Shown piece by piece: positions 40,301 to 51,022 of a DNA stretch of 64,000 bases (position 1 is the first letter of the stretch; each line of letters begins with the position of its first letter). Source of the stretch: Rhizaria sp. SCN 62-66 (Eukaryota). The notes below the pieces were generated by a model. The model saw only the letters and a program-made list of their open reading frames with translations. It was not told where the DNA came from and did no database searches. Both the position numbers and the translations under genes were made by a program. The stretch is taken from the NCBI GenBank assembly GCA_001724265.1, contig MEDY01000014.1, forward strand, positions 1-64,000. Reading direction: 5' to 3'.

Positions 40301-43227
40301 CGCGCGCGCACTTCGGTGTACTCGCGCTCCCACTTGCTCCGCGCGGCCGCCAGCAGCGCGCGTTCCTGCTCGAGCGCGACGGCCTGCGTCTCCAGCTCTT
40401 CCTTCTCGCGCCGCAGCAGCCGCGCCTCGTCGGCCACGCGCGCCGCCTCCTGCCGCGCCGCGGCACGCTCGGCGGCGACCTCGGCCAGCGCGGCCTCGAC
40501 GTCAGCGCCCTGCGTCGCCAGCTCGGATGCAACAGCGCGGGCGTCGCTCGTCGCGGCAGCGCGCGTGGCAGCGGCGGCGGCAACCGTTGCAGCAGCGTTC
40601 GCGGCCGCGGTGGCCTCCGCAGCGGCAGCGGCGGCGGCAGCCTCGCTGCGGATGCGCTTGGCGTCAGACAACGCGTGTGCAGCGCGTTCGCGGTCGTTCT
40701 CAGCCTGCGTGCGCAGTGTGGCGACGGCGGCGCGGTCGTTCGCAGCAGCCCGCGCGTCCGAGTCCAGTGCAGCAGCAGCGGCGGCCAGCGCAGCCTTGTC
40801 GGCGGCCACAGCAGCAGCGGCGGCGTCGGCCGCGGCGCGCACGCGCGTGCCTTCCTCAAGCACTTGCAGCGCCTCAGTGCGCTCGGCGCGGACCGTGCGC
40901 TGCGCCTCGTCAAGCCAGGCCTCAAGCTTGAGCTTGCGTTCGCGGTACCGCTGCTTCGTGAGGGTGCACTCGCTCTCTGCAGCGGACAGCGCGGCGTCCA
41001 GGTCGCTGCGGCGCGCACGCGTCTCCTTCTTAAGCGCGGCGAGTGCGGCGGCGGACGACGCGGACGCGGCTTCGGCGGCGGCGGCGCGGCGGCGCGCGTC
41101 GTCGAGCTCGACAGCGTGCACGCGGGCGGCGTCACTCAGCGCGGCGCGGGCGCGCGCGTCGGCCGCGGCCACGGCCGCGGTCACAGCAGCCGCCATAGCG
41201 CGCTCCTGCGAGCCGTTGAACGCGCTCGCGGAGAAGGACGCCGCGGGCGACGCTGCAGCGGCAGCGGCGGAGGCAGCGGACACCGCGGCGGCGTCGGCGG
41301 CGGACGCAGCCTTGGCCTCCGCAGCACGCGCGCGCTCCTCAGCAACCGCCACGCGGGCCGCAGCGTCGGCGGAGAGCGCCTCGCTGTGGCGCTGGAACGC
41401 GGCCTGGCTCTCGCCGAGCGCGGCGCGCGCCTCGACCAGCCCGGCGCGAGACTCGGCCAGCGCGGCGCTGTCGGCGTCGCGCGCAGTCCGCGCGGCCGCG
41501 GCGGCCTGCTCGGCCTCAGCGCGCGCCGCGTCGCTCGTAGCTGCCTGCTGCTGCGCGTGCGCCAGCGCGGTCTGCGCGTCGGTCAGCAGCGCGCGCAGCG
41601 TCGCCTCGGCCTTAAGCGCGGCCGCAGCAGCGGACCCGGCCTCGGCGGCCTCGCCCGCGACCGCGGCCTTGCGCGCCGCGAGCGCGGCGGCCATGTCAGC
41701 GGCGTCCCTCCGCGCGGCGGCGGCGCTGGTCTCCGCGGCCTGCACGCGGCTCTCCGCGACGCGCGCGCGCGCCTCGGCCTGCGACTGCGCCTGCACGGCG
41801 GCCAGCGCGGCGGCCGTGGCGGCGGAGACTTCGAACCGCAGCGATTCAACCACGCGGTCCATTCCCGTGGCACTCCGGCCCACCGCCGCGGCCTCGGCGC
41901 CCGCGGCGGCTCCGGCGACGCGCGCGCTCACGCTTGCCATATTGGCCTCCGCGGCGCGCGCCTCAGCGGCCAGCGCGCGCGACTCTGCGTCTGCGGCCCG
42001 GCGCTCCGCTGCGCTTAAGTGCGCCTCGGCGACTGCGCGGCCTGCGGTGGCCGAGCTCGCGGCGTCGCCGACGGCAGCGGCGCGGGCCTCAGCCGCGGCA
42101 GCGCGCGCCAGTGCAGCCTGTAGCAGCGCTGCCTGTGCCTCCGCGGTCGCGGACGCGGCCGACGAAGCCTCAAGCGCAGCCGCGACTAAGGCGGTCGTCG
42201 TCTGCGTGTTCTCAATGTCCTGTGTGTCGGGCAGCGCGGCTTCGCGGGCCTCGAGCGCGGTCACAGCGTCCGCAACGGCGCGGCGCTGGCGCTGGACGTC
42301 CGCACGCTCGCTCAACACAAAGTGCAGTGCTTCGTAGAGCTTTAGCTGCGCGGCCTTTACATGCGCGGCGCCCGCAGCGGTGTCAAGCGCTTCGTCGAGC
42401 GCGGCGAGGACGCCCGCGGGCACGGCTCCCGTGGCGCGCGCCTCGGCCAGGAGGACCTCACCGAACTGCGCGCGCATCGGCGCCACAGCTGCGGATACGG
42501 CCGCGCCGACATCTCTGTCAGAGTCGTGCGCGGAGGCCTCGTTGTCCGGTTCTGGGTCAGCGACAACGAGGGCAGAGTCAGCGGCGTGAGATGATGACGA
42601 CGACAAAGGGCGTCCAGCGCGGCCGCGCGCGGTGGTCGGGGACGCGGTGTGCGCAGCGTCAGCGGCGTGGGAACTGCGCGCGACGTGGTGACTGGGGCTG
42701 TGGTCGTGTGCGCCGTACGCGCCCGTGGTGGCAGCGGGCGCGACGGTGAGCTGCGACACACCGCCACCACCGACGCCGCCACTGGCGACGCGAGTGGTCG
42801 CCGCGGGCCGCATTGAGGCCGAGCCGGCGGGCTTGGACGCGCTAAGTCCGGACGCCGCGCGCGAACGGGTCGGCGTGGACGTGGTGTGATGCGGCGCTGC
42901 GTCGGGCACGAACGCGCTGCCGACGCCAGCAACGGTCGGGGCGACGGGGCGCGATGACGTGATGGGGCGCGGCGCGGTGTGCGCGGCGTTGGACGTAGAG
43001 CCGGAGCGGGCTGCTGCGGGCGGCGTGGAAATGGAGCTGGCGACGCGGGACGAGTTGCCGCGCACGCCGTGGGCCGCGGGCGTTGCTGACGCTGAGTAGT
43101 TAGCAGCGGCAGCAGCAGCGGGTTTGGAGGCGGAGCCTGGGACGCCCGCAGTGGGCGCGCGGAGGCCCGAGGTGCGCGTCGCGCTGGCACGGGGCGGGCT
43201 CAGCGGCGAGTGGGCAGGGTGAGACAT
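34381..43227 (-). CDS. Giant Ala/Glu/Arg-rich coiled-coil protein of unknown function, ~2948 aa
   Basis: Uninterrupted ORF 34381..43284; first ATG at 43225-43227; basic Ser/Pro-rich head, long heptad-like rod, acidic disordered tail; TGA stop. Confidence 0.82.
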   Translation of the reverse strand: MSHPAHSPLSPPRASATRTSGLRAPTAGVPGSASKPAAAAAANYSASATPAAHGVRGNSSRVASSISTPPAAARSGSTSNAAHTAPRPITSSRPVAPTVAGVGSAFVPDAAPHHTTSTPTRSRAASGLSASKPAGSASMRPAATTRVASGGVGGGGVSQLTVAPAATTGAYGAHDHSPSHHVARSSHAADAAHTASPTTARGRAGRPLSSSSSHAADSALVVADPEPDNEASAHDSDRDVGAAVSAAVAPMRAQFGEVLLAEARATGAVPAGVLAALDEALDTAAGAAHVKAAQLKLYEALHFVLSERADVQRQRRAVADAVTALEAREAALPDTQDIENTQTTTALVAAALEASSAASATAEAQAALLQAALARAAAAEARAAAVGDAASSATAGRAVAEAHLSAAERRAADAESRALAAEARAAEANMASVSARVAGAAAGAEAAAVGRSATGMDRVVESLRFEVSAATAAALAAVQAQSQAEARARVAESRVQAAETSAAAARRDAADMAAALAARKAAVAGEAAEAGSAAAAALKAEATLRALLTDAQTALAHAQQQAATSDAARAEAEQAAAAARTARDADSAALAESRAGLVEARAALGESQAAFQRHSEALSADAAARVAVAEERARAAEAKAASAADAAAVSAASAAAAAASPAASFSASAFNGSQERAMAAAVTAAVAAADARARAALSDAARVHAVELDDARRRAAAAEAASASSAAALAALKKETRARRSDLDAALSAAESECTLTKQRYRERKLKLEAWLDEAQRTVRAERTEALQVLEEGTRVRAAADAAAAAVAADKAALAAAAAALDSDARAAANDRAAVATLRTQAENDRERAAHALSDAKRIRSEAAAAAAAAEATAAANAAATVAAAAATRAAATSDARAVASELATQGADVEAALAEVAAERAAARQEAARVADEARLLRREKEELETQAVALEQERALLAAARSKWEREYTEVRARAEAAIQSAAAAAARSKASDEAAAAAAAAKAAADAARATAAADAATHRADAAAARAEAAAAGDAAARSDAVAAELRTALADARAARATAAEDATVALAAARRETAAAVAEKTEEAAVARRERAAARAAEAETQAALTVAQAALAESKAAARRADTALAEKSAALSESQAALAAALAAAAASSDATSAAAAARDAALGAREEALAQRETAAAQAEAALAGKAAAAQESEAAVAAREHATTARDDDVRSREAALGGREAALRAREAATGDRERALDAAEAEAERATAARDAAAAERARAVDEREFAAAQREARVAAAEAAAERDAAAASEKLASLESKQSAVAAEKAAAESALVAANTRAADVATEAAALAEQRATLAEKEAAVAEQERAIAATITAAVAAAGAATTAPPACDCAARRQWAEDRERALAELERALAARETVIAAREGAFAAGAVATQSGDDEQALATKASILAVREGVLASKEDALADKTAAAEDKAVELTNKEAALADKEAVLAAKEAALAGMEATLNAAAAAAASAPAPAAAAAQSVDAKELDDRQNKIAAAEAALASRVAAADAALARDRAAIAAVKDALVAEKRSLAADRAALEAAHDAVAREGQLARAEREELAAAQTGFSRAVEQLSQERSENARLHALLEKQLGKLQKLSAAAAVTAPAASGSSAAGAQALRNAVAATAAAEEAMAAAAQAMKESEATRAAAAHRFAQYEAMLESLEEQKKVVEFAADELDRQSRAVGRDKDQVERDAARVARERSAVESERAALLAERAQLAAAVAAAARDRELALTQARAVEETEALKAALAQSRATLAESEAAVEEKEAALVNAIAAAEAREAAAAAALAAAPASSSSSASGESGVSDAEAEARARAIVADAEAEAAAILAQARASTLSASENRVRDHVLASALASGTSFAGSVAPTESVWHLPVRGAGDSSSAFDFNSAPLAAGTAPLTMHMMPPSPTASAHMGSTSDAAATQAAVAAAVEDVKVLRGAVAVLEEQRSFLADVISRQKVEISSLTATAAQAANATNSTTANADDDSAEAQRRREIEGEIDQRRAVVADLTNDCMRYDALKHQLSSETAHARALAAAASADAAQRSAEAAAARDELEALRRALDRMRADLGVEMARRAAAHDAATGSATASDVEDEEYDSIPQGVLQVRRRASRAHSHVVAAAAAAAAAAGVAPGALSAGLSSAGASMQSKAPAESVAHFAYAIDADVDADALGASPVKTKPEPSPRQLTQPKAEPVAEAAGAENSETEEERALKARLADITHELDAVNSSASAAAPAPVVSADSSAQSSAAASLSAAPTESVVHVAFDGASAATSFAGRPADTPLIFAAGSDAGANGSEAGAVTVVEQETSSAAAAAAQAARAAAEALAAAEAAAADAAASLRAREAAALDTSRLSGTASLTGASSSGSALLYPGVDSSAGSSMLPLAASDMVQMPASAQLEPAAGLAINGDTPAHSGDIAGIDATAPKDELSVTMRAVQAVEQREAASSGSGAQYGSAASMRELPTGAGHSGSSSAMMGSPAAQSFHSGTKRSPARARRGADDDDDDEYGQDGEHGPDGDDWGTSAGVEDVADDSISVVAARHNAPPASAAAPAPAPKAAPAPYESSAASSNDGSGSGASGAAQSSVLHAAFAPRSDAGTEAGLAAAAQVGGDMVLHDARNGVAVGGEDGVGAYDDEPGAYTVINAANAAAAAAEAEAETRALAAAQEEEMSAERALALFDAPAPYAAPVAVEVTYADASYAEPAYAGDNEFNEEQQQEQADQSGQYESEADSGVVAPLPAAMSVASAFASEVSAVHWARAAHPDAPLGMLPAHNSHTSEGADSAAPAASDATTVMTVGSDPEGYQMMQGRGTDDVAPAPGTVLSQTRRAGVRIFTMVGHGPQGEISSAEAEARDTAAEEDPELTGPNRNMPGEPFGLGDGTVAFTGYASFVDSHVRYPGSDI

Positions 43228-44307
43228 GTTGTGCGGCGAGGTGCGTGGCACCACCGGTGCAGGAAGTGTGTCTGGAGCAGGCAAAAGAAACGAAGCGAGT
43301 TCCTAATCGGATAGTTTCGCAAGCCAGGGGCGTTTGCCTAGAACGAAAATAGAGCAATAAATCATAAAACAGTTAGAGAAAATCTTGATTTATATATTGC
43401 ATCAATTTCAATTTGAAAGCGACGATCACAAGCGCGACTATCCACGTGAAACGTAGGGAGGTCAACACCCCTCTGCGACCGGTCTCTCACCACGCGCTCT
43501 CCAACGGCCACATCGAGATCGAGCTACTGCTCGGGCTGTGGTCGAAAAAAATTTATGCATTTTCGCTCGGCTCACCCATTCGTTGTTGCTGTTTTGGCTC
43601 CAACTCGTCCGACGACGACGAGAAAGCCTTCAGGTGCCATTTGTGCGTTGTGCGCAGCCTGGGAGGGTGCAAATTTAAGATATATGTTTAGCCATATGTG
43701 TTTCTTGGTTATACTTCTTTTTTTGCTCTCCGACGGCGAGGGGCTGTCTCTAGGCTCAATCGTTCATGTTTTGCGCAGAACCCTGTGCAGCAGGACTTAG
43801 GACAGATATCCACGCTGGGATCGGCGCTCTAGCTCAAGTCACGGATGATTTATGATAGTTGTTGGCCTTTAAAACGCTTCCGACTACTTACTTGTGCTTT
43901 GGGACATGTGTTTCTGCTCTATTTCATGTTCCGACTTGGACTACCACGCGCCGTCGAGCAGCGACGTCTTCACTTTTCTTTTTCTCTGTTTTGCGTGTAA
44001 GAAAACATCAAGACCACTCTACGACTTGACTACAGTGCCCTTGCAATATCTTCTCTCATTGTACGTTCTTGTTTCCCATCTTATGTGCTTTTTTCATCGC
44101 ACAGCCCACTCCCGCGGCTTCACCAAGTTCCCTTCGGTTGGTTGCCCTCCCCGCCCGCTCACTGCTTTCCCTCCCCGGGAACTGCCGTCCAGCGCTTTAA
44201 AGCACTTTCTGCACAACTCCACTACTTCTTCGCGTCTTCACCGCCGCCTGTCGTTGGTCTGCTATCCTTCTGAAGCGTTCCTGCTCTCGTCACCCTTGCA
44301 CCATTGA

Positions 44308-45865
44308 ATGGACAAAAATGCCCCCCGCTCTGCATTCGCCTCCTCATCCCTGAGCCCTGCCTCACCCCCCGCGCCCAATGGCTCCTCATCCGCCGCCGCT
44401 AAGTCCGGCGTCTCCGGCAGCGGTAGTGCTACCGGTGCCGCCGCACAGCCCGAGCTGTCCCCCGAGGAAAACCACTTGCACATCACCAAGTGCCAAGGCT
44501 TGCGTCGGACCACTCTGCGCACGTTGCGCCACTACCTGTGCTGCGCCATCTTCTCCGTCTTCTACGCCGTCTTTTGGGCCTGGTTCCCGTCCCACTTCTA
44601 CCGCTTCCGGTATCTGACCGTGCCACTCGTGCACGCCGAGTGGGTTTACATCACCGACAACCAGCAGCGCAAGACTCTCTGCCGCGTCGAGCTGCTCCGC
44701 GAAGTCGCCGACTACGAAGTCGCTGCGGGCGAGCGCGACCAGTCCCAGTCGGCCGAAATGGCCGCGGACGACATTCCGCTGCACTCGCGCATGCTCGTGT
44801 TCCGCAACCGCCGCTTCCTGCTGAACCCGGAGGCCGGCGAGTTTGAGCTCCTCCGTCCCCCCGCAACTGTGCCCCAGGGCGCCCTCCTCTCCGCCGCCGC
44901 GGGCGCCGGGCTGTCGCTGGAGGACTTCGGCGCGCGCGCGGCGACTTATGGCCGCAATCTGATGTGTATCCCGATCCCATCGATCCCGGCCGTGATGGTC
45001 GCTGAAGTCCTCTCGCCGTTCTTCGTGTTCCAGGTCTACTCCGTGATCCTGTGGTGCTTCGAGAACTACTGGGTGTTCGCCGCCGTCATCGGCTTCATGG
45101 CGCTCTGCTCACTGGCAATGACCGTTTACGATACACGGTCCTCGATGGTGGCGTTGCGTGAGCTCGCCAAGTCAGACTGCGCGCTCACGGTCATCCGCGG
45201 TGGCCGCCGTATGCTCGTCGCGTCCACCGATCTGGTCATTGGCGACGTCGCCGTGCTCAGCGAAGCGATCGACGTGCCGTGCGATCTCGCGTTACTTACC
45301 GGCTCCGTCGTAGTTAACGAAGCCATGCTCACTGGCGAGTCCGTCCCCGTTGTCAAAACCCCGATCGTCGACCCGGCGGCGACGCTCTCCGCCGCCGCGG
45401 CCGCCGCCGCCATCTCCGTCGGCAAGGACTCCCGCACCACACTCTTCGCCGGATCCCGCATCATGCAAATTAAGCCGCCTCGTGGGTCTGCCGCGATGCT
45501 TGCCGCGATCCCGCGCTCCGCCACGAGCACTTCGTTCGGCCTCTCACTGCCCGAGCACTTGCTGCAGTCCTCCTCTGGCGCTGACGTCGCCGGCGCCAGC
45601 GGCAGCGCTGGCGACAGCATGGCCGCGCTGACCGGCGGACTCGGCCCGTCGTCAGCATCGCTGCTGCAAGAGCAGTCCCCCGCCAAGAAGGCCAATGCCC
45701 GTTCCCCGCTCGTCTCCGCGCTCGTCGACGCAGACGACCTCATGATGTCGGGCGGCGCCGGCAACGGCCGCTCCGGTAGTTTTGACCCATATTCCTACGA
45801 CCCGCCGACTACGAGCCCCGCGCTGGCCGCCGCGGGCGCGTTTGGCGGCGCCGCGGACTTTGACC

Positions 45866-45899
<34 letters not shown>

Positions 45900-48800
45900 G
45901 CTCATGACCGACGCGTCGTCATCCAGCAGCACCACGGTCCGCGCGTCGTCGCACGCCGACGACTCGACCGCGGCGGGCGGCGCGGTGCTGGCCTACGTCG
46001 TGCACACGGGTTTCGCGACGAGTAAGGGCAACATGCTGTCGTCGATGCTGTTCCCGCCCAAGTCGCAGTTCGAGTTTGAGGCCCAGGCATACAAGTTCCT
46101 CGGTTTCCTCTTCTCTCTCGCCGCGGTTGGCTTCGGGCTCACGATCTGGCGCTACCACCTCATCGGCTCACCAATCAGCGTCATGGTGCTCCGCGCTCTC
46201 GACCTGGCCACGATCGTCGTGCCGCCGTCCCTCCCGCTCGCCATGTCCATCGGCATCTCGTTCTCCATCGTCTCGCTGAAGGCATACCGCATATTTTGCA
46301 TCGCACCGTCGCGCATCAATCTCTCGGGCCAGATCAAGCTCATGTGTTTCGACAAGACGGGCACCTTGACGACAGACTCACTGCGTTTCCGCGGTGTGCA
46401 CGCCTTCGTCCCGCTCGCCCCACTGACTCTCGCCGATGCGCGCGCCGTCGAGACCGTGGCCGCCGCCGTCGCCACTGCGCTCGGCACCAACCCCACCGTG
46501 GCGACGCGCCGCGCGTTGGCGACCATCAGCACGCGCGCCTCCGCGGCCCCCAACGCCGCCGCCACCGCCGCCGCCGCCGCCGCCGCGTTCTCGCCCGAGG
46601 CCGGTCTCTTCTCCCCTCCGCAGCAGCTCGGCGCTGCAGGCGACGCTCTGGGCGCTCTGCCCGACGGGCTTCTGTCACCCGACTCGACCCGCAGCAACGA
46701 AGCGCCCGCTGACGGCGGCAACGGCGCGGTATCGGTCTTCTCGTTCGTGCCCGCGAAGCTTCCCCCCGTCGTCCGCGCGTGTCTGGCCACGTGCCATTCT
46801 CTCACTATCCACGAGGGCGCTTTCATCGGCGACCCTCTGGAGATCGAGGGTTTCGGCGCCTGCCAGGCCGACTTCGCCGACGCTGCCGCGAAGGGCGTGC
46901 TGTTCCACGCGCACCTCAAGCGCCACAGCAACACGGCCGTGGGCAAGAAGCTCGACCGTATCCGCCGCCGGCTCCGGCGCGAGGCGCAGCTCCCGCAGCT
47001 CGGCTTCGGCCGCACCGCGTCTAGCGGCTTCGGCCAGGCTGACCACAGCGCGCACAGCGGCGGCGACAGCTATGACGACGGCGACGACGACACCGCTCGC
47101 CGCACCCCGCGCCGCCGCGACGGCGAGGACGCGTTTGGCGATGACGACGACGTCGAGGACGACTACGAAGAGCCCGACGACGATGCCGACCCCGCCACCG
47201 GCGCCGCTACCGAGGCCGGCTCCGATCTCTCTGCGCTGGGCTCCACCCGCGAGCGCTCGTCGTCGTCCGCACCCTTTGCGGGCGGCCGCCGCCACGGTGC
47301 CGCCGCCGCCTCGTGCGAATGCGACTGCCACTACTACGGCGTCCCCATCGCAAGCGACCCGTCCGCGCCGTCGATCGCCCCCGCGCTCGCCGCCGAGGTC
47401 TTCTGCGCCTGCGACTGCGCCAAGGAGACGGTGGCTGTGGCGTCGGCGTACGCAGACTCGCTCCGCCGCCGCCGTGGTGCTGCTGCCGCGTCTGGGTCCT
47501 CGGATGTCGGTCTCGGCGGCATCCGCGACCACAGCCACTCGCACGCCCACGGCCACCATCACCACGGTGGCGCCGCGGCTGCCCTCGCGCGCGGCCAGTT
47601 CGTCAAGGTGCCCACGGTCGCCGCCGCCACCGCGCTGCGCCCGGCTCCCCCGGCGCTGACCCAGCTCACCGCGGCGCTCACGGCCGCCGGCATGCCCCCG
47701 CGCCCGGCACCCACGAGCCTGGTTCCCGACGCACAGAGCCTCACCGAGCGCAAGTCCGCCTACGTCACCGCCGCCGCCAGCGCCTCCATCTCGGGCAAGA
47801 AGTCCTCCGCCAACAGCAGCTCTGAGACATCTCTCTCGTCTTCCGCGACGTCGTCGTCGTCCTCGGCGGCTGCCGAGTGGGCCAGCGGCGCCCGCGGTGC
47901 TCCCCGCGGCACCGGCGCCGAGGGCCGTTCGTGGTCGGTCATGCGCCAGTTCCCGTTCGAGTCCGGACTGCAGCGCATGGGTGTGCTCGCGCTCAATGAG
48001 TACGATATGACGCTCTTCTCGTTCGTCAAGGGCGCGCCTGAGATGGTCGCCAAGCTCTGTGACCCCGCGACTGTGCCCGCGTCCTACGCGGCCACGGTTG
48101 ACTGGTACACCAACGAGGGCCACCGCGTGATCGCGCTCGCCGCCAAGCCCGTTTCACTGGGCGAGCTCGACCCCGAGGCGTCGTTCGCGCAGCAGGCCGC
48201 GACTCAAAGCGCGGGCTCCGCCGCGGGCGCTGACATCACCGCCGCCGCGGCCGCCGCGTCCCCGCTGTCCGACCTGCGCCTCGACCCCGCGTCGGACGCC
48301 ACGGAGTCGCTGCCTCACCTGAGCCGCCTGCTCCACGGCGCCGCGCCCCTCGCCCCCACGGCGGACGGCGCCGTGCTCGCCGTCACTGAGGCGCTGGCCA
48401 AGCGCGATGCCACCGAAGTCCGCGGTTTCGCAGAGTCCGGGCTCACGCTGCTTGGTCTCGTCGTCATGGAGAACGCGCTCAAGCCCGCCACTATCCCCAC
48501 GTTAGCCGCCCTGCGCCGCGCCGCCGTGCGCTGCGTTATGGTGACCGGCGACAACGTCAAGACCGCGGTGTCAATCTCCAAGGAGTGCGGTATCATCGCA
48601 CCGGACGCCGCCGTCTTCGTATCCCAGGTTCCCAAGGGCGTTGCGCGACCGACCGCGCGCGACATCCGCTGGGTGCACTCGCACTCACCGGGCATCTCGC
48701 TCGACCCGACGACGTTCAGGGTCGTCGTCGCGCCGCCCGGGCTGGCCGGCGGGAAGCTGCCTTTCCAGCGCTTCGAGCTGGCCGTCACGGGCGACGCCTA

Positions 48801-50280
48801 CGCGTTGCTCTTGATCGATCACATCGCGGCTATCGAGGCCGAGGCACGTCGCATCGACGACGCACAGGACAGCGGCCACAACCACCTGATCCCGAACTCG
48901 CTCTCCATGGGCGGGTCGCACACCCCGCCGCTGGCGCGCAACCCCGACGGCGTGCGGCCCGCGTTCGCGGCTACCCCGGCTGCGTCCGCGGTCGGCCAAG
49001 GCGGGTCCCCGCTCAGCCCCGACGCTAACAACGGCAGCGCCTACAGTGGCGAGATCCCTCTCGCGGGCGCTGGCGAGACCAACGGCGAGCATCTGGGCCT
49101 CAGAGACCCCGAGAACTACGTCGTCGCCTCGGCCGGGTTCGAGTACCCCGCGCTGCGTGACCCGCACAAGGCCACGCTGCTGCAGCGCGTGATTCTCGCC
49201 GGCGCCGTTTTCTCGCGCATGACCCCCGACCAGAAGGCCGGACTCGTCTCGCACTACATGGCGCTGGGCATGTACACCGGCATGTGCGGTGACGGCGCGA
49301 ATGACTGCGGCGCTCTCAAGACGGCCCACATGGGCGTGTCGCTCGCCGAGTCTGAGGCGTCGATCGCCGCACCCTTCACGTCGCAAATCTCCGACATCTC
49401 GTGTATCCCCATTGTTCTGTGCCAGGGCCGGTCCGCGCTGGCGACGGCGTTTCAACTCTTCCGCTACATGGGCCTCTACTCGGTCATCCAGTTCGGCTCG
49501 TGCATCCTGCTCTACTTTAAGGGCGGCAACTTTTGCGATTACCAGTTTCTGTACCAGGATCTCTTCGCTGTGTTTCCGCTCGCACTCGTCATGGGCCGCA
49601 CGCCGTCTGCTGTGGAGCTTACCCCGCACCGGCCGTCGAGCAACCTGCTCTCGCCGCTCAACATCTTCTCTATGTTGCTGCACATGGCCGTCGCACTGGG
49701 CTTCCAGCTCATCGTGTACAAGCTCACTGGACGCGTCGATGGGTACATCGTATACCCCAACGAGGATTACTACTGCGAGCTCTGGGAAGCCACGGTGATC
49801 CACTACTTTGTATCAATGCAGTACGTGCTCTTCGCTGTCGTCTTCTCCATCGCGCCGCCGTGGAAGCGTGCTCCCTGGCACAATCCCGGTCTCGTTGCCG
49901 TTGTCATCGCCTCGTTCGTGTGCACTGTGACATTCTTCTTCGTCGGCCCCAAGTCGTTTATCCTGATGCAGGATGATATGCCGATCCCGCGCGACTGGAA
50001 GGTCATGGTCATGCTCATCTTCATCGCACACTGCATCGTCACCGTGGTCATCGAGTTTGGAGTCATGCGCCTCATCCGCTGGGCCGCGTCGCGCCGCCTC
50101 GCTGGTGTCCGCACGAATACTGTCTTCGGCCCCGGTGATGCTCGCATTGAGTCTGGCGCGCGCCCGTACCATTACCTGCGCCGTCAGTTTGAGGATATGT
50201 GGCCCGCGTCGCAGATTTCGATTGTCATCCCGCGCGCTGCGCACGCTTCGTCGCCCACGTCGTACGACCGTGTCGACTAA
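44308..50280 (+). CDS. P5B-type ATPase (ATP13A2/ATP13A3/Ypk9-like polyamine transporter family) with long inserts, 1990 aa
   Basis: PFFVFQVYSVILW, VNEAMLTGESVPVVKT, TIVVPPSLP (P5B-like PPxLP, not P5A PPELP), CFDKTGTLT phosphorylation site, FPFESGLQRMGV, KGAPE, MVTGDN, MCGDGANDCGALK, SEASIAAPFTS; C-terminal TM bundle; TAA stop. Confidence 0.93.
45868..45897 (+). repeat. (GCC)n microsatellite encoding a poly-Ala run inside the ATPase
   Basis: Read directly from the sequence. Confidence 0.85.
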
Positions 50281-50563
50281 ACAAGCACAAATGTGGCAAT
50301 CCGCAAGTTGTCACGAGTCGAGAACGTGATCGTGTGGCGTGAACGTCAATGTGTGATGCAGCTTATTTCTTAAGGCGTATAATTCTCTGTTCTACGCATA
50401 ACAACAGAAAAGATGCGCCGCACTCATATTTCATTTTTCGTTTTCATGTACATTTTGTACATTCTAATGTGTTTCGATCACGTTTGTAGTCCTTATCATT
50501 TTGATCTCGATGTGACGTGGCTAATGCGTGCTTTTGCTCGCAAACCAATTCATTTTTTTACTA

Positions 50564-50580
50564 CCCCCCCCCCCCCCCCC
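50564..50580. repeat. C17/G17 homopolymer in an AT-rich convergent intergenic region
   Basis: Read directly from the sequence. Confidence 0.9.
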
Positions 50581-51022
50581 ATCTCGAGAACAACACACAT
50601 ATTCTATCTATACCAAACATGGTATTCTCTTACATTTCATTTTGCGTTTCTTGTCTGTCATCCCCCTTTCGTTTCATTCCGTTTATGACTCATCAGTTTT
50701 ACAATACAAACGCTTTACAAAGCACGCACTCGTCTCGCGTAAGTGGCATATAAGTAGAGTAATATAAAATAGTATTTAATGTATTTGCAGGCAGTGCAAG
50801 CGTGCCACACGCGCACATCCATCCTTTTTCAGTTATCCATCCACTTGTAAACACAACATACTTTGGAAATAACTTTAACATAAAATAAATTACGTACACA
50901 TAGAATTCAAAAGTCGATTCAGAATTTTAATCAGTGCGCTCTGTTCCAAGTCAAGCATAACGCACCAGGCCTCCCCGACATTAACACAAAACTATCATAA
51001 CCGTTATTAAATTGTTGCTATC

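Noticed and set aside
43285-43365. 5' extension of the giant coiled-coil ORF through a TAG at 43303-43305 to an ATG at 43365
   Set aside because: AT-rich, UTR-like composition; not counted as evidence for UAG decoding.
43400-44307. Short ORFs in AT-rich spacers (e.g. 43894..44307, 24920..25305, 50413..50899)
   Set aside because: No coding-type codon bias or motifs; consistent with promoter or UTR DNA.
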